This document shows, piece by piece, positions 26,345 through 38,554 of a stretch of DNA of 64,000 nucleotides; position 1 is the first letter of the stretch, and each line of letters begins with the position of its first letter. This DNA comes from Vicugna vicugna. Its lineage: Eukaryota. The translations under genes and the position numbers were made by a program. The notes under the pieces were generated by a model that made no database searches, was not told where the DNA came from, and worked only from the letters and a program-made list of their open reading frames with translations. Where the stretch lies: NCBI GenBank assembly GCA_013265495.1, contig MU058221.1, positions 3,660,001-3,724,000 of the forward strand, written 5' to 3'.

Positions 26345-26540
26345 GTAAGTCTAATATTTATTGAAAACCAGCATGCACTGGATATTATAAAACATTTACA
26401 TTTATTAGTCATTTTTCTTTACTACAAGGCTGTCAAAGGAGTATTACTTTTCCCATTTTACAGGCAAAAAATCACTCTCCACCAGATAAGTAAGTCTTCA
26501 TATAATTTGTGCTCAGTAATTATAACTGAAGTCTTTGAAT
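26345..26540 (-). mobile_element. MIR SINE
   Basis: aatatttattga..ccagc..tattacttttcccattttacag. Confidence 0.6.
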
Positions 26541-26543
26541 CCC

Positions 26544-27190
26544 TGTGATGGGTGATTTTATGTGTCAAATTGGTTGGGCCACGACGCTCACGTATGTGAT
26601 CAAACAGTATTCCGAATGGTTCTGTCAGGGTGTTTGGGGGTAAGAGGAGCATTTAAATTGATGTATCTGAGTAAAGCAGATTGCCCTCCATAATGTGGGT
26701 GGACCACATCTCATCAGCTGTGGTCTGAATTAAAAAAAGACGTCCTCTGCAGACTTACTTCAGACTGGAATTATATCAACTCTTTTGTTGTTGTTATGTT
26801 ATTTGTAAGCCTGTTGTTTGTAAGTCTGTGGTATTTTATTTTTATTTTTTAATAACCATTTTTATTGAAGTGCAGTTAATTTACAATGTTGTATTAGGTG
26901 TACAGCAAAGTGATTCAGTTATGTATGTATTATATATATTCTTTTTCATTTTCTCTTCCATTATGGGTTATTATAAGATGTTGAATGTAGTTCCCTGTGC
27001 TGTACAGTAGGTCCTTGTTGTTTATCTAGTTTATATACAGTAATGTTATATGTTAATCCCAAAGTGCTAATTGTATCAACTCTTAATTGGGTTTCCAGTC
27101 TTTTGGCTTCAGACCTGAGCAGCAGCATTGAGTGTTTCCTGGGTCTTACCAATGAACATGACCCTCTGAGCCAGTTCTTTAAAATAAATC
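26544..27190 (+). mobile_element. MLT2 (ERVL) LTR interrupted by an L1 insertion
   Basis: tgtgatgg.t.attttatgtgtcaa..gagtaaagcagattgccctccataatgtgggtgg; resumes at 27085 to gagccagttctttaaaataaatc. Confidence 0.85.
26785..27073 (-). mobile_element. 5'-truncated L1 3' end with extended tail
   Basis: tttattgaagtgcagttaatttacaatg..gtacagcaaagtgattcag..ttccctgtgctgtacagtaggtcc; exact 11-bp TSD tatcaactctt at 26774-26784 and 27074-27084. Confidence 0.9.
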
Positions 27191-27270
27191 ATACATATAT
27201 GTACATATATATATATATACACATGTATATTTACATATGTGTATTTATATGTGTGTGTATATGTGTGTGC
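27191..27270. repeat. (TA)/(TG)-rich microsatellite
   Basis: Directly visible. Confidence 0.85.
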
Positions 27271-28934
27271 AATACAGTGATCGCTTACTGCAAAACTGGA
27301 TTTAGATACTCCTCTTGAATTGTTTTACCAGGATGAGCAGAAAGTGTATTTGAGAACGTTGGTGTTTTTGAAACCATTTCCTTAGGTCACACACTTTATA
27401 ATATAAATATGTCACAGAGGAAATAGAATTCCATGGGAAAAAAAGAAATAGAGCTCTGAGTTTTATGGTTCTGCTGTGTGATTTTGGACACAGCAATTAA
27501 TGTGCCCTAATTAGTAAAAGGAAAGTGCTCTATGTAGTAGAGTTGTAAAAATCAAATGATATTACTTAAGAAAGTACTTAGAAGAGTTATAATTGCCATG
27601 AAAATATGAGGAATTAGTTATAAACAAAGGAAGAATTTTAATTAATATTTGCAGGTGCAGGCCTTATTATATAAACTAATTTTTTAGATTTTTTTTTAGA
27701 AATTTTTGGAGCATCTAGTATGTGCCCAAAGCTGTGATAGACGTTAGGAAGATAACAGCGAACATCATCTCTTATCATATACAGTCAAGAAGCTCCATAA
27801 TTGCTTGTATTTTTAGAGTTGAGTATCCCACAGAATCTATTTCTTTAATGAGTGACTGAAGAAATGATTTGAGAAAGTTGTTCTCATAGAACAGAAATAA
27901 GATCTCATTTTGTGTGTTTAATATTTTGACAATGGAATCACAAAGATTTTTAAAAGTATATGTTTTGTGTGTGTGTGTGTCTGTGTGACAGAAGGGGTTT
28001 ATTCACCTTGATCAGACATTAATACTCTAAATACTGTAGTATTTTTGACATATCTTTGTATTTTTTGCTGACATCTGTTGGACAAGCTCTAGGAAACTTT
28101 CAAGTGAACATTGGACTTTTTAATGAGGATGACTCTAAGGCAAAATAAAAGTGTTTGGCATTGTTTCTAATTAATATAATTCAAGAAGCAGCTGACATTT
28201 TAAACATTTTAATGAGCAATATTTTTCAAGATTGCAAAAATTTAAAGTCCCCCTTTTAATGAGGAAATTTATTTTCATAGTAGTTTCAGCTTTTTGGTAA
28301 GATGATACTGTTCTGGCTTAACTCTCAGTATGATTTAAAGTCTTCCTTTCAAATTCCAAATAATGGACTTTACAGTATGTCTAGGCTGATATCCAAAATC
28401 CTCATCACTTCAGAAGCATTGCAAAGTGATCTTAACTTTCTTTTTCCATTTAAGCTTACCTACCCTATCCCCTTTGCATCCTTCCCAAATGAACCTTGCC
28501 CAACATTCCTTTTGGTTGTTTACTTTTACCTGAGGAAACTATGAAAATCTGTGTCTATGACTTCACGAATACCTCTCCAAGTTCACTGATCCATGTGTTC
28601 ATTTATTAATCCATTTACTCACAAATTATTTGTCAAGGAGTGTTATAGTACAGGCAGTGCTCTGGACCCTTGAGTTATGCTGTGAACAAAACAAGAAGAG
28701 GTGGTGAGAAATGGTCACATTTTAGGTATAATGATGGCATATAGAGTTTGAAAGAAAGAGAATAAGAACTTTAAGGTGGTTAACCTAAATGTCTAGAAAG
28801 ATGGATTTTCCATCAACTTGGCTGAAGACACTTGGTGAAATATATTTTGGAAATATGCAGAAACAGAATGGGGGCAGCGGCTTAATTTTGGTGAATTATG
28901 TTTTGTGTTCTATTGGACATCCCAAGTGGAGATA

Positions 28935-29200
28935 AGTTTGTGTGTTGATTGGCTGACACACGGACCAAAAGATGGCCCACCATGAGTGAAATGGGAATGC
29001 TCAGCCTCCCTTAGTTTATGTAGATGAAGGGATTTCAAAGTCTAGACAGAATGGAATGTTAGAATGGATATGTCATTTAAGACTCATTTATCCACACCAC
29101 GAGGGTCTTGAAGATACACCTTTAACCAATAGTCTGAGAAATAAGTTTCTGAGGGGAAGGTTGGCATTTTTGAAGAGCTCCATGATCATTCTTCTCTGTG
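28935..29200 (+). mobile_element. ERVL internal gag fragment
   Basis: WLTHGPKDG/KRWPTMSEMGM..GMLEWICHLRLIYPHHEGLEDTPLTNSLRNKFLRG..LKSSMIILLC closely resembles HERV-L/MuERV-L Gag. Confidence 0.85.
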
Positions 29201-29202
29201 TT

Positions 29203-29555
29203 CATTCTGAAGTCTCCAAGGGAGAATCTGTTTCCTTGCATTTCCTAGCTTCTGAAGGTTGTCTGTTTTCCTTGCTTATTGTTCCTTTCCAGTCTCAGAC
29301 CAGCAGTGGTCAGGTAAATCTTTCTCACTTGGCATTACTTTGACACTGACTCTGCTTCCATTTCTTGCTTCCACTTTTAAGGACCTTCATGAATACAGTG
29401 GGCCCACTTAGATTATCCAGTGCAATCTCGTTATTTTAAAATCATCTGATTAGCAACCTTAATTCCCCTTTTCCGTTGTACATGAAACCTTCACAGGTTC
29501 TGGCAAGTAGAAATGTGGAGGTTTATGGGGGGGGTGCTTATTTTGCCTACCATGA
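29203..29555 (-). mobile_element. MLT1C/D-like LTR fragment
   Basis: ggagaatctgtttccttgcatttcctagcttct..ttttaaggacc..gggcccac..ctgattagcaaccttaattcccct. Confidence 0.85.
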
Positions 29556-31039
29556 AAGGGAATAAATGTAAAGCTGAGTATTGATAATAGACAACATGCT
29601 GGTCATTGGTGATCTCGAAAAGCAGTGTCTGTAGTTTCTGTATATATAAAACTCGATTGGAACATATTTAGCAGAAAATGGGAAGGTGAAATTTGGATAC
29701 AAAAGCTAAAGATAGCTCTTTTGAAGAGTTTGCTTAAGAGAAACAGGAGGTGAGTTCAGAATGAAGTGTTCTTGAGAAGAGAGGTGAACTGATAGCATGT
29801 AAACTGTTAGAATGAGTCATTGCAGACTGAACCACGTAGGGGGAAATGGGAAAATTATGGGGATAAAATTCTTGAGTAGGAAAGTAATAATGGAGTCTAG
29901 TGAAAAGTGATACGGTTGACTTGGACAGGACCTTTATCAACAGCAAAAGAAAGGAGGATACAGAAGTAAGATTTCAGGTTGGTCAGTCTGGTGGAGATGA
30001 CAGATAATATGTTCTGCTATAGTGTTTGTTTTCCAGTGATGTGAGAAGGAAGGTAATCAGCATAGAGCGAGGAAGGGAGAGAAGCTTTTAACATGTAAGA
30101 AGAAAGAAGAAGGTATGAAATAGCCATCGTGTACAGTACTTCACAATACACATGGAAAACAACATGTGTGCAAAACACTGGAAGACGTGCAAAAGTGCTC
30201 ACAGCTGGAGGTGGCTGGGAGTGGCAGCAGGGTCACTCGGGTCTAAATGTCACCCCAGACGTCACCTAACTGCTCTACAAGGAGCGATGCAAATGTTTTG
30301 GAGATTTGTATATGTTTGTGTCTTATCAATGTGTAGTGGTAGCACAGTGGTTGGGAAGTGGGTATGGAATGGAAGAGTAAAGAGACTAGGAGAAGTGTTA
30401 GAAGTGTTGAGCATCTCCCTTAAAGTTATTTCTCCTCCGTTCAGGTGAGACTATCCGATACCTGTGTGGTTTTCTGCAGCCACATCCGCACGCCTGGGTG
30501 GGCAAGGGAGTAGACAAAGTGGATATTAACTAAACTTGATTTTTTCCTGCAAGTGGAGAGAAAGATAAGGAAGTAAGCATGTAGGCAAAGGAGAGAATAT
30601 GTGGTAAGTCATGGGAAGGAAATTAAAGGTGTAGGGGAATGAAGGATATTGCAAAGATGGCAGGATCAATAGAATGGTATCCTGTCAAAGAAGCGTAATT
30701 GGTGAGAGATAAATGTCAGAATGCAGAATGCTTACTACCAATATTCTCACATGACTGCAGTGACTGAGAGTGAGCAAATTTTAGGGTGTGACTGTACAAA
30801 TACTGGCTGATATAGGGACAGGGATGTGATAATTGGAAGAGAGGAGAAGATGCCAAGATATCAGAAGTATCAAGATGGATGACGAGATGAGCGTTGAGGT
30901 GAGAGGAGAGAACAGGAGCTAACATGTTCAGATATAAAACTCCAAATGTGTTTTCTGGGCCCCCCCTGTTCTCATAGGCTGGCTGAGTGCTTATTCTGCT
31001 TTTAAGGACCAAGCAAAAGCATGCAGTAGCCCCCTCCCT

Positions 31040-31580
31040 GCATTTCAAATCCATTTCCTAGAAATTCCCTCTCTTCTGCCTTAACATACTGTTTTTGGAT
31101 CCGTACTTACAAATCTCAACCAGAGCTTTGATGCTGCCAAACATGGGTCTTTATTTCCTTACGGCTTCTTCCTTTTTCCTCTTCTTTCAGACACAAAATA
31201 CTTCCACACTCCAGAGAAAGGTCCCTGTTTCTAATTTTGTGAAACATTTGAAGCAGTCAAAAGAGAAATTCCACAGACTCCAACCAGCAGATATACACAC
31301 CTACCAGTTTTCTGAACTCACATGCTCCATGTTTCAGTTAATTTAGGTGAACTCTGTAATTCTTATTAAAGCCAATTCCACCAAGAGTGCTCTACATCCT
31401 TTTCTGCTTGAGACATTGTCAGAGCAGCATCATTCTTCCCATGCTAGTGGATCATCCCAAAGCTAACAAACATATTAGAGATAGATAGATAGATGATAAG
31501 TAGATAGATAAATAGGTAGGTAGGTAGGTAGACAGATAGGCAGATAGGTAGATAGATGATAGATAGATAATAGACATAGG

Positions 31581-31637
<57 letters not shown>

Positions 31638-31790
31638 TTCATCTTATAAAACTTCAGAAAGAATGTTCTCCGACACACTTCCTCTTTTGACAGTTAGTGA
31701 GCTATTTGCTTGCTTGCTTCTGCGGCTAATCAGTTTAAAACAGTTATCTATATGCACTTTTTTCCCAATTCCTTTTCTCCCATCTTCTCT
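31040..31790 (+). mobile_element. L2 fragment in opposite orientation, split by GATA repeat
   Basis: Pyrimidine-rich L2-like aaagccaattccacc..gtgctctacatcc; agttatctatatgcac..ttcct. Confidence 0.5.
31476..31637. repeat. Compound (GATA)n/(GGTA)n tetranucleotide microsatellite
   Basis: Directly visible; pure GATA run at ~31580-31637. Confidence 0.97.
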
Positions 31791-31799
31791 CCCTTCATT

Positions 31800-32000
31800 T
31801 TGTTTTATTATATTGAACTACACATAACATTGTATGCATAATTTGTATGCAGAAGTACAGATTTCAAGTTTACATTTTGATGAGTTTTAAAATATATATG
31901 TATATTCCAGCAGCCCAGAACTCTATGAATATATATTTCCATCCCTCTAGAAATCTGCCCGATGTCCATTTCCAGTCAATTCTCCCAAACCCCCTACGGG
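31800..32000 (-). mobile_element. Old L1M 3' end fragment
   Basis: ttttattatattgaa..agaagtacagatttcaag..tgatgagtttt..ccatccctctagaaa..ttccagtcaattc. Confidence 0.6.
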
Positions 32001-32520
32001 AACTGCTGTTGGATCGGCAGCTGTATTATTATAGTAACAATGGGAGAGGCAGATGGAGAATACTTGCTGGGACATGACCTTGGGGATACTTAAGTGTTAT
32101 TAGCATTATCCATATATTGTCTAGGTAGGGGTATATTTTATTCTGTTTCATCAAGTGAAAAACCTTTTTAAAAAACTATAAATTGAAGTTCCCTTCAATA
32201 AACTAAACAGTTTAATATGCTCACTTACTTAAGAATAACTTGTGCACAGAGATGTTGGTCCTGATCATTAAGCCAGTAGATTACAAGTGGTATTAAGCTA
32301 CTTGGAAATCTTGAGTCTGGAAATTGTGTATCATTTCCTGAAAAGATGAATAAACAACCCATGACCTTACTGTGAGCTGCTGGTTTCGCTTTTGGAATGT
32401 CATGGGGCCAAAGCCTAAAATACGTGCCCCCTTGATAGGCTCTGGTTACTCACTCTTCTAACCTTTGCCTGGCTATTCCCTCTCCTTTTCATATCTAAAC
32501 CCTACATCAAAATTCCCACT

Positions 32521-32973
32521 TATTTTTTTTCAATTCAAGTACTGTCAGTTACAATGTGTCAATTTCTGATATATAGCACAGTGTCCCAGTCATGCACATA
32601 CACGCATATATTCGTTTTCATGTTCTTTTTCATTAAAGATTCTTATAAGATATTGAATATAGTTCCCTGTGCTATACAGCAGAAACTTTTTTTAATCTAT
32701 TTTTTTATATAGTGACTAACACATGTAAATCTCAAACTCCCAAATTTATCCCTTCCCACCCACTTTGTGCAGTAACTATAAGATTGTTTGCTATGTTTTG
32801 AGTCTGTTTCTCTTTTGTAGATGAGTTCATTAGTGTCCTCTTTTCTTTTCTTTTCTTTTTGATTTTTCTTGTAGAATCCACATATGAGTGATATCATATG
32901 GTATGTTTCTTTCTCTTTCTGGATTACTTCACTTACAATGATGATCTCCAGGTCCTTCCATGCTTCTGAAAAT
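32521..32973 (-). mobile_element. L1 3' end including the ORF2 terminus
   Basis: T-rich tail, 3' UTR, and WKDLEIIIVSEVIQKEKETYHMISLICG (L1 ORF2 C-terminus) in ORF 32697..33023. Confidence 0.92.
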
Positions 32974-33239
32974 ATGTCTGCTCCACAGAGAGCAGCGCCA
33001 CCTTCCAGATTTTGTTTCTCCATATCAGAGAGTCTACCTACCCTAGAAGAGGAAACAGAGAGCCCCTGTCATGAGTTCAATGGCCATATCTTCATAATTT
33101 TATGTAGATTTTGTTTGCCTTTTCACTAAGCGTCTAGAGGAGTTATACTCCTCTCTCAATTAATCTAAACATTTTTTTTACTGATGAATCCTTGGCCTTG
33201 TGTCCCAAACTCAAATTAATGCCTGAATATCTTGGAATG

Positions 33240-33652
33240 ACAACTGGAACTGCCAAATATAAAACACTTCCCCTCTCACCTCCCAGACATGTGGGAGACG
33301 TCCTTCTCTCTTCCTTCTCCTATCTGTTTGTAGTCACGTGGGCCACACACCTCATTTTGACCAATGAGCTGTGAGCAGACGTGGCATGCTGTATGTCTGG
33401 GCTGCAGTAAGCCATTACTAGAGCAAAATCCTTCAAAGTTCTCTTTCCCTCTGGAATGGTGGCCATGCTTTCAATAAAGTCCTCTCTATCTGCCTGAATT
33501 TCTGTGTGATGATGTCGAGCAGGGTACACCTGCCAACCCCCAATGGGCATGTGATGAGACTGAGGAATAAATTCATTTTTTGTTTCAAGCTATTTAGATA
33601 GCGGAGTTGTGTTTTACTACAGCCAGGTTATCCTCTCTTGCCTGATGTAATC
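33240..33652 (+). mobile_element. Old MaLR LTR (MLT1I/J-like)
   Basis: ttgaccaatgagctgtgagcagacgtg..aataaattc..tttcaagctatttaga..tactacagc..cctga. Confidence 0.7.
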
Positions 33653-35369
33653 TGGGTTTAATTTCTCACTTTGCCCCCCACCTTGGACTTCAAACTCCAA
33701 GCTGCACCCGTCAGTTATACTTAACACTGAAGAGGCATTGTTCGCCTGTGTTACCCCAGGTCTCTGTATGAGAGGCGGAACAACAGTATGTTTTCCTTTT
33801 CCTTTTCTCAGATGAGAACGTGGGCCTTAGACAACTTCAAAGAAATTGGAATCAAACCTGTCTTTAGATTTCAGATACTGATCATTTTCATGAAGCATTT
33901 TCCAATTAACCTTTTTGGCATTCTTAAACAATTGCTTTATTTGGATTTAATTCTTGTTTTTCGTTTTAAGATTCACTGCAGCTGTTTTGTCTTCCCAGCT
34001 GAGCTAACCGTCTTGGACCCTTTTAGTCTAACTTTGTGGACTCTGAAGAAGTCTGTTTTTTTTTTTCAGTAAGCAATCGACAAGCCTTATGTAATTTATT
34101 GGCTAGGTCAAGGTGTTTTAAAATGAATAAACAATATGTATAATATTTTTCACAAAATAGATTTGTGAAAATTCATAATTAATGATTTAGACCAAAATAA
34201 TGCCATTTCACATCAATTCCAGATTTATTTGCAATTAACTTTCAATTTTTTTTAAGGTTTTGGGATGCTGAAGTTCACACACTGATTTTTTTCCTTCAAG
34301 TCCTTTTTAGGCATAAATTGTAGCATGTCTAAATGAATGAAGGTCTTGAAACAATATTCTTGGTGATCAGGCCTAAAACGTTCTAAAAATAACAGGAAGT
34401 GTCAGGCGGCCTTAGACTCAGATCTTTACTGATCCAATTTACCAAAACAATTCTGTACTCATCAGCTTGATTCAGACAGAGTCTTAACAATGTCTAGTTA
34501 AGTAAATGTGACATTTAAATCTTATAAAAAGGCAACTCGGTTTTAGATTTTCAGAAAGTGGAGATTCTGACTGATTTTTTCTAAGTAAAACTCAGTGTCC
34601 AGAGTTGAATTAGTGGAAGAAGTCAAACCTCAACCCTCTTGGCCACCATACCCCAGACCTCTTCATACTTACTCCAAGGAAGAGTATGCGTGCTAGTTTT
34701 ATCACAAGGAAGCATTTTTTTGTGAAAAACAGAACCTGTATACGATCAAACAATATAACTGTGAGTATCAATTATATAGAGAGGTTATTTATTCAACAGG
34801 GAGATTCAATCAAGTTGATAGTTTTGCAGGTCTTAATTTCAAAGCTACAAAAATCATAGCAAATGGTCCCTTTTGTTCTTTCAGATGATGAAAGTAGAAC
34901 CTTTCGTGCTTTCTCTGAACTTCCTGCCATCTCTTCACTTTTCTCAAGCAGGGCTATTGCTCTGGTAACAAAAAGCCAGGGACAGTGGTTTCCCAAACGG
35001 CATAGTCCTCAGTTGCATTTATCTGTTTTCTGGACCCTACTCCGACCTCACTGAATTCCTTGAAGAACGTGAGACCAAAAAATGCCCTTTTCCGTAGAAC
35101 TCTTCAGTGATACTGGTACCCACAGCACAGCATGCATGACCATTGGCTGAGGCACTCCCTTTAAATTTTGACTATTACACTTTAGAAAAACCCACCAGTA
35201 GAAAGTTTGCTTCACACGACACCAAGCCAACTGATACGTTTCTTAAAACAAGTGTTTTAAGAAATGATGCTTAAAAGAAAAAAATTGTCATTCTCTCTAC
35301 CTCTCCATGTTTTCCATCACAAATTATTAGACAGCCCACTCAGTCTTTAAACATTCATAGTCTTTCTTA

Positions 35370-35570
35370 TTTTCTTTTTTTAAAATTGAAGTATAGCCAG
35401 TTTACAATGTGGTGTCAATTTCTGGTGTACAGCATAATGTTTCAGTCATACATATACATGCGTATATTCATTTTCATATTATTTTTCACTATCGGTTGCT
35501 ACAAGAAATTGAGTATAGTTCCCTGTGCTACTCAGTATAAACTTGTCAGCTATTTTATATATTGTAGTTC
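35370..35570 (-). mobile_element. L1 3' end fragment
   Basis: attgaagtatagccagtttacaatgtggtgtcaatttctggtgtacagcataatg..ttccctgtgcta. Confidence 0.88.
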
Positions 35571-36416
35571 GTACGTTTTTCATCTTTCTATACTCCAAAA
35601 ATTTCCAAAATGTGTGTTCTCAGTATTCTACCTGGTACAAATACACAGAGACTATGAGTACATTCATTCAGATCTTCATTAACCTACATGGCTTCTATCT
35701 AAAAATCCCATATTTAATAGCTATGTGTGAGTTCTTCTCAACTCCTTCGTAAATTACTAATATTCACAATCATTTTGTCTGGTCACTTGAGAATCTCTTC
35801 TTCACAAAAATGCTTTCTCATGACAAGGTACCGCATTTTCCTAACATCGTGTGATGTTCCAGGACCATTTGACAGGTTTTTTTTTTTTAATTCATTACCT
35901 ATGTTTCCCCTTTTGGAACAAATGGTAAGGCCTGTGTGATAAAATTTAGATATGCCACATCTATAGATAACACAATAAAGCCATTGCCATATTGGGGTGG
36001 TAAATCAAAAACAAAAATTATGTAACAGAAACTCATCAAAATAGTTATCTTGTGAACTCTTAGAATATCTGTTTAAAATCAAAATAAACTTTTGATTAAT
36101 GTTCAGAAAAAAAATTAGACTAATAGAACATTGCTAACGTGTTAGAAGTAGTCACGGTCATGCTAACCTGCAGATGTCCCAGTTTCATTTTACAAATGTG
36201 TGTGAGTTTATCACGCATCCACTGCAGGGCTAGGAATCAGCCGCATGGGTGTGAAGGAGAGCAGAGGTGAGGGGCGGCGTCCCATCTGGGCGGGTCCGCT
36301 GCCCGGGGGTTACAGTCCCGTAAGCCCCACAGAGGCCAGGCGCTGAGTCTGTCCGGGACTCACCTACCTTTATTTTAGCCTTGGTCATTTTTCATGCGGT
36401 GCAGAGACACGACACC

Positions 36417-37000
36417 GTGTGTGTGTGCGCGCGCAAGTGTGTTGAGTGTGTGAATGAGTGCGTGTGTGAATGTGTGAGTGCGTTGTGGGTGTGTGTGAGT
36501 GTGTGTGCACATGTGTGGGTGTGTGTGAGTGCATGTGTGAGTGTGAATGTGAGTGTGTGAGTCTGTGCGTGTGTGTGTGTTGGGGTGTGAGTGGGTGTGT
36601 GCATGCGTGAGTGCACGTGTGAGTCTGTGTGTGGGGGGGTGTGAGTGCATGTGTGAGTCTGTGTGCATGTGTAGGGGGGTGTGTGCATGTGTGAGTCTGT
36701 GTGCGTGTGGGGGGTGTGAGTGCATGTGTGAGTCTGTGTGCGTGGGGGGTGAGTGCATGTGTGAGTGTATGTGTAGGTGTGTGTATGAGTGTGTGAGTGT
36801 GTCAGTGAGTGTGTTTGGGTGTGTGTGAGTGCATGTGTGAGTCCGTGTGCGTGGGGGGGTGAGTGTGAATGTGTGAGTGCATGTGTGAGTGTGAATGTGA
36901 GTGTGTGAGTCTGTGCGTGTGTGTGTGTTGGGGTGTGAGTGGGTGTGTGCATGCGTGAGTGCATGTGTGAGTCTGTGTGCGTGTGTGTGGGGTGGGGGTG
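36417..37000. repeat. ~580-bp complex TG-rich repeat with higher-order duplication
   Basis: gtgtgagt/gcatgtgtgagtctgtgtgc units; ~110-bp near-identical blocks at ~36522-36631 and ~36870-36979. Confidence 0.95.
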
Positions 37001-37560
37001 AGCGTTCCAGGCGGGAACTTGAGCGTCGGCCCAGGGTCCCGGGTGAGGCTCCCTCCGCTCCGTCCCTCCCTCCCCTCCTTCCGGGGCCGCACAGTTTATT
37101 GGGCAGAGGCGCCTTTAGTGAGGTTTCTGCAGCGCCCAGCTGGAAACTCCCCGCTCACCTCCGCGGGCGTGATGAGCCTACGCCAGGCTCTGGTTTCCCA
37201 TCTTCCCTCTCGCCGTTTTCCGCTGCGCTAGATTGATCCCTACTAAACAAAAGGACAAAAACACATCGATGAATCAAAAATGGGTTTCGCCTTAATAATT
37301 CACTGTGTAATTGTATGGCAAGCCTTTTAATGATGCTTAATTTCCTTAATGCTCTTAATCCTCCGTAAGAAAAATGTTGATAATGCAACACATTATTATA
37401 TTTGAGGGAGGAAATGTGTTCCAGCAAGTAATTGCTTAATTACTTTAGCGGATTGTGTAACGCCGACTGGATGTGCCTCCCCATCTGTTTTCTTTAATTT
37501 ATTGAATTGATGCCATTTGACAAAAGAGCACATGGAAGCCGCATGGGACGCGGGGAGAAG
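37000..37560. promoter_or_regulatory. CpG-rich patch plus candidate conserved non-coding element
   Basis: CpG-dense 37000-37230, then a repeat-free block with numerous TAAT cores, TTTATTGG and ATCGAT. Confidence 0.5.
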
Positions 37561-37589
37561 AGGTCATCAGCCTGGAGGCTTTTGGGAGC

Positions 37590-37750
37590 ACAGGGTGGTT
37601 CCGAAGCTTAGGTCTGGCAGCTGAAGTGTAAACTCCTGAACTTCGGGGCTGAACCCTGGGTTTAAATTCTGCCTTCTGTTCTTCATACTTAAATGAACTC
37701 AGGAAGGACTCAGTCTTCTCGACTACAAAATGGGAATGATAATCAATTTC
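37590..37750 (+). mobile_element. MIR SINE fragment
   Basis: ctgggtttaaattctgcc..ctcagtcttctc..aaaatgggaatgataat. Confidence 0.65.
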
Positions 37751-38419
37751 TCTGGCATATACAGAACAATTTTAATGTGTCGAGTACTTTTTAGGAACAG
37801 GATATGTACATATGAAGATAATTGAGAACCTTAGTGATTCATAATCTTGTTGCCTGTCTTCTCAAAGGAGTTACCGTGAGTACCAAGAGAAAAAGTGATT
37901 GAAAAATTCATTTAACTTTCTCAATCTTGGATATGGCGGTTTTATGCTTGACCAAATTCTGTTAAATTACTTCCTCTTGTTGAAGTTGATGCTTTTTCTG
38001 CTTTGCAAAGTGGGAAACGTTTACCATAGATCTCTTTGATTACTTTGCTAATGGAACTGGATTAGAATGGGTTCTCGTTTTGAGAACTCTGAAAATCCCC
38101 ATATGCATTTTTCAGCCTCAAGTGAACTTTAAAATGAAATAATTCACTTTTGCTCTAAAACTGCTACCCTGACTTGTCAAGTTTGGCTTGTGACATCACG
38201 CACCTTCTATAAAGAAGCCTTGATCTCTTAGAGTTGTCTGATTAGATATAAAGACTTCCTGGTTCATTTGTGGCCTAATGCTCAGAAACAGATACTTTAT
38301 TTTTAAATTTTTTAAAAGCAGAGTTTATTAAATCATAGCCTTGCTCAAGCTGCTAGGGAATTCAGCAAGTCCCACAAATCAAGTTGTGTTTTGTTGGTGG
38401 TGTTTTTCCAAGAACCATT

Positions 38420-38542
38420 TTTTGGAGGGGGTAATTAGATTTATTGATTTTTTAAATTATTTTTTAATGGAGGTACTAGGGATTGAACCCAGGACCTCAT
38501 GCATGCTAAGCACATGCTCTCACACTGAGCTAGACCCTCCGC
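38420..38542 (-). mobile_element. tRNA-derived SINE (Vic-1-like)
   Basis: atggaggtactagggattgaacccaggacctcatgcatgctaagcacatgctct..actgagcta: antisense A and B boxes plus tail. Confidence 0.9.
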
Positions 38543-38554
38543 AGTAGGAACATG

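Larger units (their letters stand above)
28590..30930 (-). mobile_element. Long degenerate L2 with nested ERVL and MLT1 fragments
   Basis: L2 3' end ttcatttatt..caggcagtgctct..gtgaacaaaaca; ggacatcccaagtggagat; ggtcattggtgatctc..gcagtg; ctctttgaagagtttgc. Confidence 0.7.

Noticed and set aside
22830..29200. ERVL pol, MLT2 LTR and ERVL gag as parts of one provirus
   Set aside because: Pol precedes gag, divergence levels differ, and older L2/MIR sequence lies between the pieces
31475..31678. ORF with SIYL repeats
   Set aside because: Translation of the GATA microsatellite
36375..36964. Longest ORFs (190 aa and 127 aa His/Thr-rich; Cys/Val-rich on +)
   Set aside because: Translation of the TG/CA repeat array; no gene context
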